A stretch of DNA of 64,000 bases from Camelus dromedarius (Eukaryota): assembly GCF_036321535.1 (NCBI RefSeq), contig NC_087437.1, positions 120,654,001-120,718,000 on the forward strand, in the 5' to 3' direction. Positions within the stretch are counted from its first letter, which is position 1. Each line of letters begins with the position of its first letter. The notes under the pieces are model-generated. The model was not told where the DNA came from, searched no databases, and saw only the letters and a program-made list of their open reading frames with translations. The translations under genes were made by a program, and so were the position numbers. Of this stretch, positions 51,201 to 61,400 are shown in pieces.

Positions 51201-54200
51201 CGTGGAGTTTGCTGGTCCCCACAGCCTGAAGTCGAGTTTTAGTGCCCACGTGGAAACAGAAGACGAAGGTCTGCCTGCACTCAAGGCCAGAAGCTAGAAC
51301 TGAAGACCCCAGTGAAGCTGGGATCCTCAGGGAGCTTCGCCCTCAGAGAAGTGAAACTGGAAAATGTACCTGCCAGCACAGGAAGTGACTCAGAAGCTGG
51401 CCTTTCCCCTCTTGGTCTTGAAAAGTCTCCCTGGTAACTCATAATCATGGTGCTATCCGCAGACAGGTGCAGGGTTTGAATTTATACTAACAGCACGGGT
51501 TAGGAAGAACAAAGCCAAAACAGCAGCATAAAAGTGGTTCTACATGATCGCCCTAGAATCCCTGAGAGAAGCACGTGTGAAACTGGACGAACACGACCCC
51601 AAGCCTAAGCTGCCCCGACTCCCTCAGGCGAGCGTCTGCCAGAGACACGCTCACAGCAAGACCCGCCACGGGCAGGTGCGACAGACACACAGACACAAAA
51701 CTAAGCTTGCGCTGTGGGGCTCCCAGGCAGCAACCAGAAGCAGTGTGTTTGAAATGATTAAGCAAAAGAGAAGGAATTGAAAACAAAGGAACAAGACCTT
51801 TTTAAGAAAGAAACAGATCTGAGAAAAACCCAGCAAAATGCACAGGCATAGGAAGCCTAGTGACTGTAAAGCCACGGCCGCAGGGGGAGGCGGCAAACTG
51901 GGAGGCGCTGAGGGCGCTGCCCAGCAGCAGCGCAGAGGAAGTGGGGACACGAAAGGGAGGTGAGGACACGGACGGGAAAGTATGTCCAGGGGGAGGTCCA
52001 GAGGAGAAGCTCGGAAGAGTGGTTGGCAGTGACATGCAGCTTCCGGAACCCTGAACGGGTTTCATCAGGTTCAGGAAGCACAAGCGTGGAACAGGATGGA
52101 CAGAAAGAACGGGCATGTGCACACGTATGTACACACCCCCACACACGCATTGTACACACACACCCCAAATAGAGTAAACCCAGGGAAAGAGCAAAGAAAA
52201 TAAAGAGCATAAATTATTGAAGCAGGAAGCAACGCCACAAAAGAGTGAATCTGTGGCACCAAAACTTTTCTATAAAAATATTAATAAAATAGAAAGCCTT
52301 GGGCAAGCCTGACCAATTTAAAAAGAGTGACGGTATTAATGGGGATAGAAAAGATGGCACCACCGAAGAGCAGGGAGTGAAAAGAACAGAGGAGCAAAAC
52401 GAGTAACTTCATGCGCATACATTTGGAAACTTGGATAAAATGTGTGATTTCCAAGAACATTCAAAGCCTCTCCAGAAGATAAAGAAACCTAAACAGAAAA
52501 GAAGCGCAGTGTGTGCGCATCAGGTAGATGGATGGGCAGAGGGACCGCGCACGCAGGAGGCTGCAGCGGAGAGCGCGTCTCTGGATCTGGGTCGAGTTTT
52601 AAGTTTGAAACTCTTCCACGGAGTGACGTGCACGCAACAGCATTTAGCAGGAAATGAGAAATAAGCTAAAGGTGTGTAATTAGGACAGAGGCCATTGTGT
52701 ATTCGTGTTCATCTGCGGTGATTCAGTTACAGTGAATGAACTGTGTATTATCAGTCTAACTGAATCTTGAGAATGTTAAGTGTAAAAACAGATTGCAGTG
52801 GGTGGATGGTAGGACGCTACTCTCAGATCACAGGAGGCCAGAGCAGTACCGTATATTGTAGTAGAGGTGCCCGGCACGGGAGCAGTACCGTATATTACCG
52901 TAGAAGTGCCCACGCACAGGTAGTGCAGGTGTAAACCCTGCCTGGGGATGGAGATCTCCCCCCCACCACAAGCATGACGTTTCTAGAGGGGAAACCACAG
53001 GTCTCATCTCCAGTCTGTAAGGGGGGCTTTCTAAAACAATCTGATACAAGTTTTGATGTAACTGATTTATACGGATATTTTTCTATGTTCTCCTTTAATA
53101 TTGAAACATATAATACTGCTTTTTGTATAACTTATATTTTAATGTGCATTAAGGACACCATACTGCGTGTCATGTTCTCCCATTTTTTTCTGTTTCTAGT
53201 GACCGTTGTTTCTTCTGCCTGTCCACATGGACATAGACAGATTTAGTCCATTCCTTTCAGATGCCGAGCTCCACCATGTGATGACACCCCGTTTTAGTTA
53301 AGTGTCTTCCCATCTGTGAACATTTATGAACTAGCTATGCAAGTGTGGGAGCGTTTCTGTGAGACACTAGCTAGCCCTGTGACTGGCGGCAGAACCCCGT
53401 CTGCCTTTGCAGAACTTTTCTAAGCTGTGCGTCACTCCCCAGCTGAGCGCGAGTTGCTTTTTCTCCCTGTCTTGAGGAGAGACGGCAGGGTCTGGAACAC
53501 TTTTGGTCCCACTGCCCCCTGCCAGGGAGATACAGACCCTGAAGTGACCAAACTCAGCTCTTTGGTCCTGCTGTAATGCACACACTTCTGAGAGGCGTGG
53601 CACTTTGTGCCTTTGGTCACAGCAGCAGCACATGTGTGGCAGGCCTGTCCTCCGGAGAGCCATTGATGGTCACCTCGCTTAGCTGCACCTCCGCCTGCCA
53701 GCAGAGCACAGGCGAGGGGACTCCAGCCGAGGAGTTGAGTAGCCGGCTGGAGATGGTGGGCAGATCCTGGCTAGCCCTGGACCCTGCCGTGTGCCTCCTG
53801 GAACGACAAAGCTGGGGTTGGGGGGTGCTCAGGGCTCCTGGAGAAACCACTGGAAGGAGAGCAGGCCTGCAGGAAGGGGGACCACCATCTGGGGGCCGTC
53901 TGCTGGTGGGACGGGTGTAAGGAGAGGAGCCCTTTCAGTTGTGCATGGAATTGCTGACAAGTCAGGACAGACGGAGGTCACACCACTGTCTGAGGGCTCA
54001 CCCCACAGGGCACCCTGCCAGGGAGGACGGGCCCTGGGTGGACCATGTGTGTGCACGTGGGTGGTGCACAGATGGTCCAGAGACACCCTGTCACAAACCT
54101 GGTCTAAATCTGCAGCCACGATGTGCTCTCCTGCAGGGCAAGGGCCTGCCTTCTGGTTTGTCAGTGTCCCCCTGGGCCCACCTCACCTGAACAGCCATTG

Positions 54201-56169
54201 ACTGTGAGCCCACTGGGAGGCCCTGTGCCCCCTGTACGGGGGACCACGGTTTCCCACCCAACAGGAGCTCTGGGCGGAGAGGGAGGCCTGGCCCGCGGGC
54301 ATAGCGTCAGGTGCTCAGATTGGAGACGCCGACTGGGCTTGAAGATGTTCTTGCCCCGCGCCGGGGAGGGCCTTCCAGGTGGCGCAGGGGAGCACTGCGG
54401 TCACCCCCAGGAGTCTGCTCCAGTGTAAAGGCCACAGAAAGTTGCCCACCCTGTGCGCCCTGGGTCGGAAGGAGCAGCTGCCTCTCTACAGGCTGGAAGA
54501 AGCTGCGAGGCCAGGTGTTTGCCCCAGGTGTTTGCCCCATTTTTAGGTAAAAACCCCCACAACTGTAGAAAATTAAACGCAGAAAATAAAGAAGACAGGT
54601 GACATTCCACTGTCCCGAGAAGTTCAGGTCAAGTGGGTGTGCATCTTTCCAACCTTGATCCTATACCAGTACATAGTCACGCATACTTGTCATTTACATG
54701 GGATTATGTGGGACTTAACTCCTTTCAGAAAACTGAAAACACGAGTGTATCTCCATGCTCGCTAACATGCTTCTTGGCATGGCTGCAGAGAAACCTGTTA
54801 TGCTGGGCGTTCTGGTTTTTCAGCTGGCCGCTGCCCAGTGTGGAGCACACGTCGCCATGTCTCTGTTGATGCTCTGCTGTCCTCACCTGCTCCTCCCTCC
54901 TTCCATCGTTAGCCACCAGGACACAGAGGAAGGGGAGGTTAAGTAGCTTTCCGTGGGTGACGCAGCTGGCAGGGGTGATGCCTAGACGGCTGAAGTCCCA
55001 GCAAGGGGTAGCCGCCGCCCTTGCCTTAAAGTGTGGTGGGGAGAGAAGGGGCCGGCTGGCAGCGCAGTCCCGGGGGTCAGAGGTGTGTGCTGTGCGCCCG
55101 GCACTGGCTAATTGTTTTTGTAGGAAACTTGCCGGGTCGAAAGGAATCGTTCAAGCTTTTGGTACAGGCCGCCACGGTTCCCCGCAATGGTCACTCCAAC
55201 TTCATCTCCCACCTGCAGCAGGCGTGGTCCGTCTAGTCTGTTTATGGGGAGAGTCATTTTTCACTGTCGTGTTATGACAGCAGTATGTGAAGCCACTTTC
55301 CCGGTTGCCTCTTCCAGGACGCGCTGCAGGAGATGTACAACCAGAAGGGTGTGTTCCCTGGGGAGCAGTTCAGACCTGCTCGGCGGCCATGGACGCTCCT
55401 GAACTTCCTCTCCTGGGCCACGGTTCTCCTGTCTCCTCTCTTCAGTTTCGTCTTGGGGGTCTTCGCCAGTGGATCTCCCCTGCTGATCCTGACGTTCCTG
55501 GGGTTTGTCGGGGCAGGTAATGGACGGGAACGCAGGCATGGCTTGAGGTTGGGAGTCCTGTACCGCCGCAGTGGCCTGGCAGCCGGGCTCCCACCTGAGC
55601 CTTGCCGGCCGCCAAATGTGGCTCCGGCTGCTCAGACCACAGCCAGATTCTAGGGCCATCTGCCCGCCAGGCATCCATGCAGCAGCGAGGCTAGTGCTCT
55701 GAGAGCCGGGTGGGGAGGGCCCTGGGCCACTCGGGTTGCACTTGGGCACTTAGGGGCGGGGGCTGGCGTGATGGTCTGAAGTTTCCCAGGACGTTTTTAT
55801 TCTCGCAAGGCGGATGGGCACACGGTCTCTCTGGGCACCTGGGTGAGAACTGCACCCCTCCAGGAGCCCACACCCTACCTCCCGCTGGCTGGAGGAGCAG
55901 GGGCCTCTGATGCCCCCGGACAGGGTGCATGGCCGGCCGCGTCAGGGAAGACGGAAGAGGGGGAGGGGCCCACAGCCCCAGGGGGAGAGTCTGAGGCCAA
56001 AGGTGCAGGCCATCCCGCTTGATTTTCCCAGCTTGACAGCAAAGCAATCCGTCTAACCTCGCCTTTTTCCTATTTTAAAGCTTCCTTTGGAGTCCGCCGA
56101 CTAATAGGAGTGACTGAAATAGAGAAGGGCTCCAGCTATGGAAACCAAGAGTTTAAGAAAAAGGAATAA
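39076..56169 (+). CDS. AGPAT3: 1-acylglycerol-3-phosphate O-acyltransferase 3 (LPAAT3/LPLAT3), spliced CDS join(39076..39253,45264..45433,45987..46148,46988..47141,47658..47760,50510..50585,55318..55516,56081..56169), 376 aa
   Basis: Exon lengths 178+170+162+154+103+76+199+89=1131 nt with consistent phases and GT-AG introns. The protein starts [16 protein letters not shown], has acyltransferase motifs NHNFEID (HX4D) and EGTRF, and ends in the dilysine tail EFKKKE. Recognised as AGPAT3. Confidence 0.98.
39760..40200 (+). mobile_element. Old L1 (L1ME-like) ORF2-end/3' UTR relic
   Basis: tttttgacccaatt...gcagcctaaatgcccatgaatgga...tggatggaatcctgcacaacc. Confidence 0.6.
40852..41676 (+). mobile_element. 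5'-truncated L1 3' end with A-rich tail
   Basis: [19 protein letters not shown] remnant; degenerate TSD aaaccaggatcctgag (40836-40851) / aaaacagaatcctgag (41677-41692). Confidence 0.9.
44675..44900 (+). mobile_element. MIR SINE ending in a (TAA/TGA)n tail
   Basis: gccttggagtcgg...ctccagcactcac...acaagttac...aatagtagcgccacc...gttagatgag. Confidence 0.6.
45264..45433 (+). CDS. AGPAT3: AGPAT3 coding exon 2 (QLVMLLEWW...NHNFEID...FGVLG)
   Basis: tctacag|AG acceptor; GGG|GTGAGC donor; contains the HX4D catalytic motif. Confidence 0.97.
45987..46148 (+). CDS. AGPAT3: AGPAT3 coding exon 3 ([11 protein letters not shown]...YPEYMW)
   Basis: cccccccag|AGT acceptor; TGG|GTGAGT donor. Confidence 0.97.
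46250..47280. promoter_or_regulatory. Intragenic CpG island spanning coding exon 4
   Basis: Very dense CG dinucleotides and GC content by inspection. Confidence 0.7.
46988..47141 (+). CDS. AGPAT3: AGPAT3 coding exon 4 ([10 protein letters not shown]...CLRGT)
   Basis: ggcccag|TTT acceptor; ACAG|GTGAGC donor; EGTR motif. Confidence 0.97.
47658..47760 (+). CDS. AGPAT3: AGPAT3 coding exon 5 ([11 protein letters not shown]...ADMCVR)
   Basis: ccctgcag|TC acceptor; GAG|GTGAGC donor. Confidence 0.97.
48376..48425 (-). mobile_element. L2 3' end fragment
   Basis: gagcatttattgagtgtctactgtatgc. Confidence 0.55.
49500..49790. mobile_element. hAT-Charlie-derived relic
   Basis: tacagtagagtttcccagaggctgcgtgatgtgtg...aaatttctcaagttttcatttagaatatggtaaa resembles Charlie1-family internal sequence. 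Confidence 0.55.
50510..50585 (+). CDS. AGPAT3: AGPAT3 coding exon 6 ([25 protein letters not shown])
   Basis: ttttcttaataaaacag|G acceptor; AAG|GTAAAG donor. Confidence 0.96.
55318..55516 (+). CDS. AGPAT3: AGPAT3 coding exon 7 ([11 protein letters not shown]...FLGFVGA)
   Basis: cctcttccag|GAC acceptor; GCAG|GTAATG donor; hydrophobic C-terminal helices. Confidence 0.97.
56081..56169 (+). CDS. AGPAT3: AGPAT3 last coding exon ([29 protein letters not shown])
   Basis: tttttcctattttaaag|CT acceptor; TAA at 56167-56169; C-terminal dilysine ER-retrieval-type motif. Confidence 0.97.
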
Positions 56170-56339
56170 TTAATGGCTGTGATTGAACACACATAACCTG
56201 ACGGTGGTATCCAATTAACTCAATTAAAAACAGAACAACACACACAGAGCGGGAAAAAGACACTTAGAAACTATTTTTCTTATTAACTGGTGACTAATAT
56301 TGACCAATAAAACTTGAGCCAAGAGTAAAGCAGTCGGAA

Positions 56340-57420
56340 GGCCTGCGGATGGAGACGCCAGCCTCGCCCCTGCGCTTCCCCCGGGAAGCCGGTCTCCGGG
56401 GCGTCGCTCTGGGGGGAGGTGGCGCCCGGAGAGCCGTCCGACTCGTCACCTCCGAGAGCGCTGTCTGCCGAGGGAGCCTTCGGTCGCTTTCTCTTCCCAC
56501 ACTTAGATCCCGGTTTGGGTTTTTACCAGTTATCTTGGGAGTTTCCCCCCCTCTCCCCCTGCACCCCCAGCACACTATCTTCAAGGCTCCTCCCGGGCCC
56601 CCGGGCCTCAGAGCACCTGCTCGTCCCGATCTGCTGGCACCGTGGCCTCCAGGCGGTGGGCGCGGGGCCCCGGGAGAGTTCTCTGGGCCAGCAGCACACC
56701 GAGCGAGCCGGCGGCGGACACGCGCCTCGCCCCGTTGAGCTTCCAGAGCTTCCTTGCCCCTTCCTACCTGAGCCCGCGTGGAAACACCTTCAGTCCGTTT
56801 CAAGGCGGATGGAGCCCGAGAACTCGGCGAGGTGCGGCGTCCTCCCGGTGCCCCGGGCGCAGCTCCTCTGTCCCCGGCGACCGTCAGACTCGGGTCCCCC
56901 GCCGAGCGCAGGGCGGCCACCCGCACGGAGGCGCTGTGTCCGGGGGTCGGGGGTGGGGGAGCCTCGGCCCGCAGCCTGCAGGACTGTTGACGCTTTTGAG
57001 AAGGCAGTGTCACCATCACCCTGTCTTCTGAGGTGGTTGGAAACAGCACGGAGCTCGTCTGCTTTGAGAGGTTATACTTTGACAGTGGACCTGTGGACGG
57101 CTGTCAGCGTCCTGACGAAAACGGGAGGTGGTGAGCCCTCCCCACCTCCGCCCCCCTCCCCCCCGGGCAGCTGCATGTGTCCGGGGGGAGGGCCGGCGGC
57201 GGCTCCTGCCGCAGGGCTGTCCCCCGAGTGTGCTGACCGCCTGTGCTTGGCGGCACCGCATCCGCACAGCATCCCCGCAGCCTGCCGCCGGGGTGCTCGC
57301 CTCTCCTCCCGGAGGGAGGCGCCTCCAGCGCACGCCCGGCGGGGCGGAAGCCCCCGGGGCCGGCCGCCCCGCCCGGCCTCCCTCCGCTGTAGCCCCGCCC
57401 CCCGCCCGCATCCGGCTTTC
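56340..57420. promoter_or_regulatory. CpG island within the proximal 3' UTR
   Basis: Dense CpG/GC block between AT-rich UTR segments. Confidence 0.65.
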
Positions 57421-58304
57421 CTCTGAAACTTTACCTTGCTTTTTAAAAGTCACACTCCCCTCATCTTTTTTAGCAAGAGAACGAAAAATAACGGGTGTTA
57501 TCTCTGATGCACTGTAACCAGCATCCTGAATAGAGGCAGGGTGAACTTTCTAGGGGAAAAAATGGAGGGAAGAGGCATGGAAAAAATTATAAACCAAATT
57601 GGAAAAATAATTATGCATTGGTCCTAAGTACGTATTTTGGGGAGGTCTAGGGAAACAGCCCACATCCTTTGTAACGACACTACTGAATTCTGCATTAGTG
57701 ACCTTGGTGAAGGGACCGAGGTCGCAGGGACGCGAACCACGATTCTGTACTCGCTCAGGAGGGACAGTGGGTGCACACGAGTCCTGGTGAGGTTGAAGGG
57801 TAAAACAAACCGGCTTTGAAGTGCTTTTCTTAGACGCGTGCTTCCCTCTGCCACAAAGCACGCCCCTCCAACCCCCCCCCCCCCCCGCATAGCAGAGCCC
57901 CTGCGGAAGAGCTGCTCCCACTGCGGTCAGCGCTACCTTAGGTCTCATTTCTCTGCACACGGTGTGCTGTTCATCCGTCTCTCTGTGTGTTTATGTTATT
58001 TGCTAGTTCACTAACCCTGCAAATCTTAAAGGAAACAGTTGAAGAGTACTACTGTGCGGGTACATTACCTGGAAAATGCAAAATTAGATCTTTTTACCGT
58101 TTAATTAATAGTTCTTGCCTCTGGGATAAGTTCCCTCCCCTTGAAATTAATACCTAATGTGTAAATTCTGTGTGGAGGCAGTGATGAGCTGTGAAGACTC
58201 GAGGTAAATGGAGATTGACCACTTCTAATTTTCAAATCTCAGCGACTTCCTTCCCACTGAACGCAGATTAGCTTGTGCACTTGAATACCAAGCTCTTTGA
58301 CAGC

Positions 58305-58310
58305 AATAAA
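58305..58310 (+). terminator. Polyadenylation signal AATAAA (intermediate site)
   Basis: AATAAA followed ~15-40 nt later by a GU/U-rich element (tgtttggggttttttttt). Confidence 0.6.
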
Positions 58311-61300
58311 AACTACACCATGAATGTTTGGGGTTTTTTTTTTTTTTTTTTTGGAGGGGTAGACTCTGCTTTTCATCCATTTCGGAAGGAAAGGGGGAGA
58401 GAAGCTCTCTTCTTTTTTTTTCCCTCAATTAATAAACCACAGAACAGTGCTTTCCTTATTTTTTCTCCTTTACCCCCTCTGCTGCTGGTGATGTCCAGAT
58501 CAGGCTGAATGCTGGGACAGTTGTGCTGGTCACAGTGGGGAGAGTGTGCTCTAGGTTGAAGTCGCTGGTGCCCTCTACACTAGGTCCTGGGTCAGGAAAG
58601 GGGGTCTCTGTGCTGTTTGCTGAGCCTCATTGTGGGAGGGTGTGTGAGCATGGATGTTTGCTGAGCCTCTCTGTTGGAGGAGGGGTCTGCTCAGCCTCTC
58701 TGTGGGGTCAGCTCCCCTCCCACTAGAGGTACACAGAGGCGGCCCCAGGCCTTGGGCCCCTCCCAGGAGTGACCAGCAGGCTGAGTTCTGAGCCCAGGGG
58801 GCCGCCAACTAGTATTTCTCAGCTCAGGCCCAGGTGCTGTGTTTGGGTTGTGGGCCCTCCCTATGTGTCCAGCAGTCCCCTCTGGGGAGTTCCAGGGGCT
58901 TCTAAGGTGACTGTGGCCTTTCCTGGTGACTTTGTGGCAGCCCGCAGCTCCTGTAGACTTCCTGGCCTCCCTCTTCAGGGTCTCTGACAGCATGGTGAGT
59001 GGGGACTGCCTCCACCCACGCTGATGAGCAGATGCTGGGGAAAGGCTGCAAACGCCTCTTTACCCGTCTTCTCCCCCAAACTGAGGCTTTGAGAAGGGTT
59101 TGAAACGGTTGCCCAATGACGGAATTTTAACCCAAAAGCAAGCAGTGACACAAGTCAGCCAGCCCTTGGTGGCAGTGTACTGGGTGCATGGCCCAGGGGA
59201 GGTGCTCCCCAGTCGCCGTCATCCCTCGAGAAGTACAGGGTCAGGTGGAAGGGATGAGCTCTGAGTGCACAGCCCGCCAAGTAATAGCGAGAATCAATGC
59301 CATGCGGGCACGTCCGGCAAAGGCAGTGCGGTGTGGCCGGGGGTCCGGCCGGCATCTCCGGCTTGTTTGCCTCCTCACTCCCTGTGCCGTGTACACCGGG
59401 GCAGGAGCACTCTCTTACACTGCTTTAGCCACTGCGCCTTGGAGTCACCAGGCTGTGCACATCCAGGTGACCGCCCGCTGTGTCAGATCTGGGGTGGAGA
59501 GTGACTCTTCATGCTGCTTTGTCCCTGCCCGAGACACCTAGAGGACACGCGGAACAGAACCTTTCAGCCCGGCTGGTCTGCAGCTGAATTGTTTCACCCT
59601 CTGCTGCCGCAACTCGTGCAGCCCCGGCAGGCAACACGGGTCTGTAGGGTCAAGTGGCTGCCACCCTCTGCAGGGTAACCAGGCTTAGGGTTAAAACAGT
59701 GGGCCTGACATGCCCACCTGCCTCCCCTCCGGAGCCAGCATGTCCCCGCCCCCGCCCCCGCCCTGCTCCAGTGCTCCAGTGAGTTACTTCCCCGAGCAAA
59801 GGCAGGCCTCCCCCCTGCGCCTGGGCCTGGCCAGTGGGGCCAGTCACACTGTCCCGCCTCCTGAGCAGGGCTGCCAGGGCGCAGGTGTGCGGGTCCCACA
59901 TTCCTGCATTTCAGGGCCAGGGCACAAAAACACAGGGACATTTTAGGTAGGAGATGTCACACTGCTCTGCTTGGTTGAAGGGATGGACACGTGCATTAAG
60001 TTTTACCACAAGCACTGGCCGCTGGTTAAGTCAGGGTAATCGGTGGCCTTCTCACAGAACCCTCGGGAAGTCCAGGGACTGGAGCACTTTAGGGAGCCCG
60101 GGACATCCCAGAGGCTTGGATGCCAGTGAGCCCATCAGTGGCCCCACACTCTTCTCAAAAACAATTGACTTTGAATCGCTTTGTGATGAAAAGGCCTCTT
60201 GGGGTTTTCTTCTTCCGTTAACTTTTCAGTTTCTTAACTTTTTGTTGCAAGAGTATTTGGACAGAGGTTGAGCAGTGAGTGAGATACTGAAGTGCACTGA
60301 ATTGTATCAAATCCAACCGGGGTGACTTGACGCGATGAAGAAATGCATCCAATCTCCTTGTATTTATTGTCTCAGAATTGTACGTTGTGACAATCAAATG
60401 TTACTTGCCCAACTGCCAGGAAATTCAGCTGGCTTCTTAACCATAATGACCGTCAGCAAGTACTGTAACTGTAACGGAAAAGTCTCTCTCTTTGGAAAAC
60501 CACACGAACCACCGACTCAGACGTGTGGGACAGACGCTGGGTTCTTTTTCTACTGATGCTCTGCCGACCTGATGCTGGCCGGGTTCAAAGAGGGAGACGT
60601 TGTATACAGGGTGCGAATGTATTATACGCGTGTTTCCTTTTGTACGCTTCAGTTTTACAATTTTGCTACAGCTTTATGCAGTTGAGGATAGCAGTATTTT
60701 TGGTCTCTGGCTTTGGTCTTGGGGGGCGTGGGGGTGCTAACTGAGACCCTAAAAGCCTGTCTCCTGAAAAGCCGGCCGCGATCGCCGTGCTCTGCGCTGG
60801 TCTCTGCACACGGCGTGCCTGAGCCTGCCTGTGCGACGGTGTTTTCTAGATAAAACACTGTGGGCGTCATACTTGCTTTTTTAATTGCTGCTGTGAAAGT
60901 GAGGGATAAAAATCACACTGCAGGAGGGAGCGGCCGCCTCCTTTTGTCCCTTTGCTTCTGGTCTGCAGAGGGTTTCCCAGGGGAAGGAAGGGCCCTCCGG
61001 GCACACACGTCCGGGCCGGGGCCTCGCCTGCGCAGACACTCCGAGGCCACGCGTGTTTCTCCAAGGCTGTCCTGCTGAGGACACTTTCCCAGCCTCTCCC
61101 TTGCCCATAAGTTGCTTCTGGAAGGGAAATTGAGACGGAGAGTGATCATCTGGCAAAAGCAAGGGAGAAAACCAGTTGGTGCACAAGGCTGAGGCCCTCT
61201 ACCTAAAACGGGTCTTGAAAGCCATCGAGGATGAGGTTTTCCAAAGTAGGCATGTATATATCAAAAACTATTTTTTTGTAAAACCAAATTCATTCCGTGG

Positions 61301-61394
61301 AGAAAACCCAGGAACCCTTTTTCTTCTTTATAGAGGAAAGATCTCTTGTGAGAACCAAGAGCTATTCCAGGGTCTGCTCTGTCTGTCTTGTGAA

Positions 61395-61400
61395 AATAAA
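61395..61400 (+). terminator. Polyadenylation signal AATAAA (distal site)
   Basis: AATAAA at the end of the last AU-rich block, with upstream UGUA motifs and downstream GU-rich ggtgtcccgtgtg. Confidence 0.6.

Noticed and set aside
56419..57426. 335-aa ORF (and overlapping 251-aa minus-strand ORF) after the AGPAT3 stop
   Set aside because: Pro/Arg/Gly/Ala-rich, no recognisable domain, lies in a GC-rich UTR block where stop codons are rare
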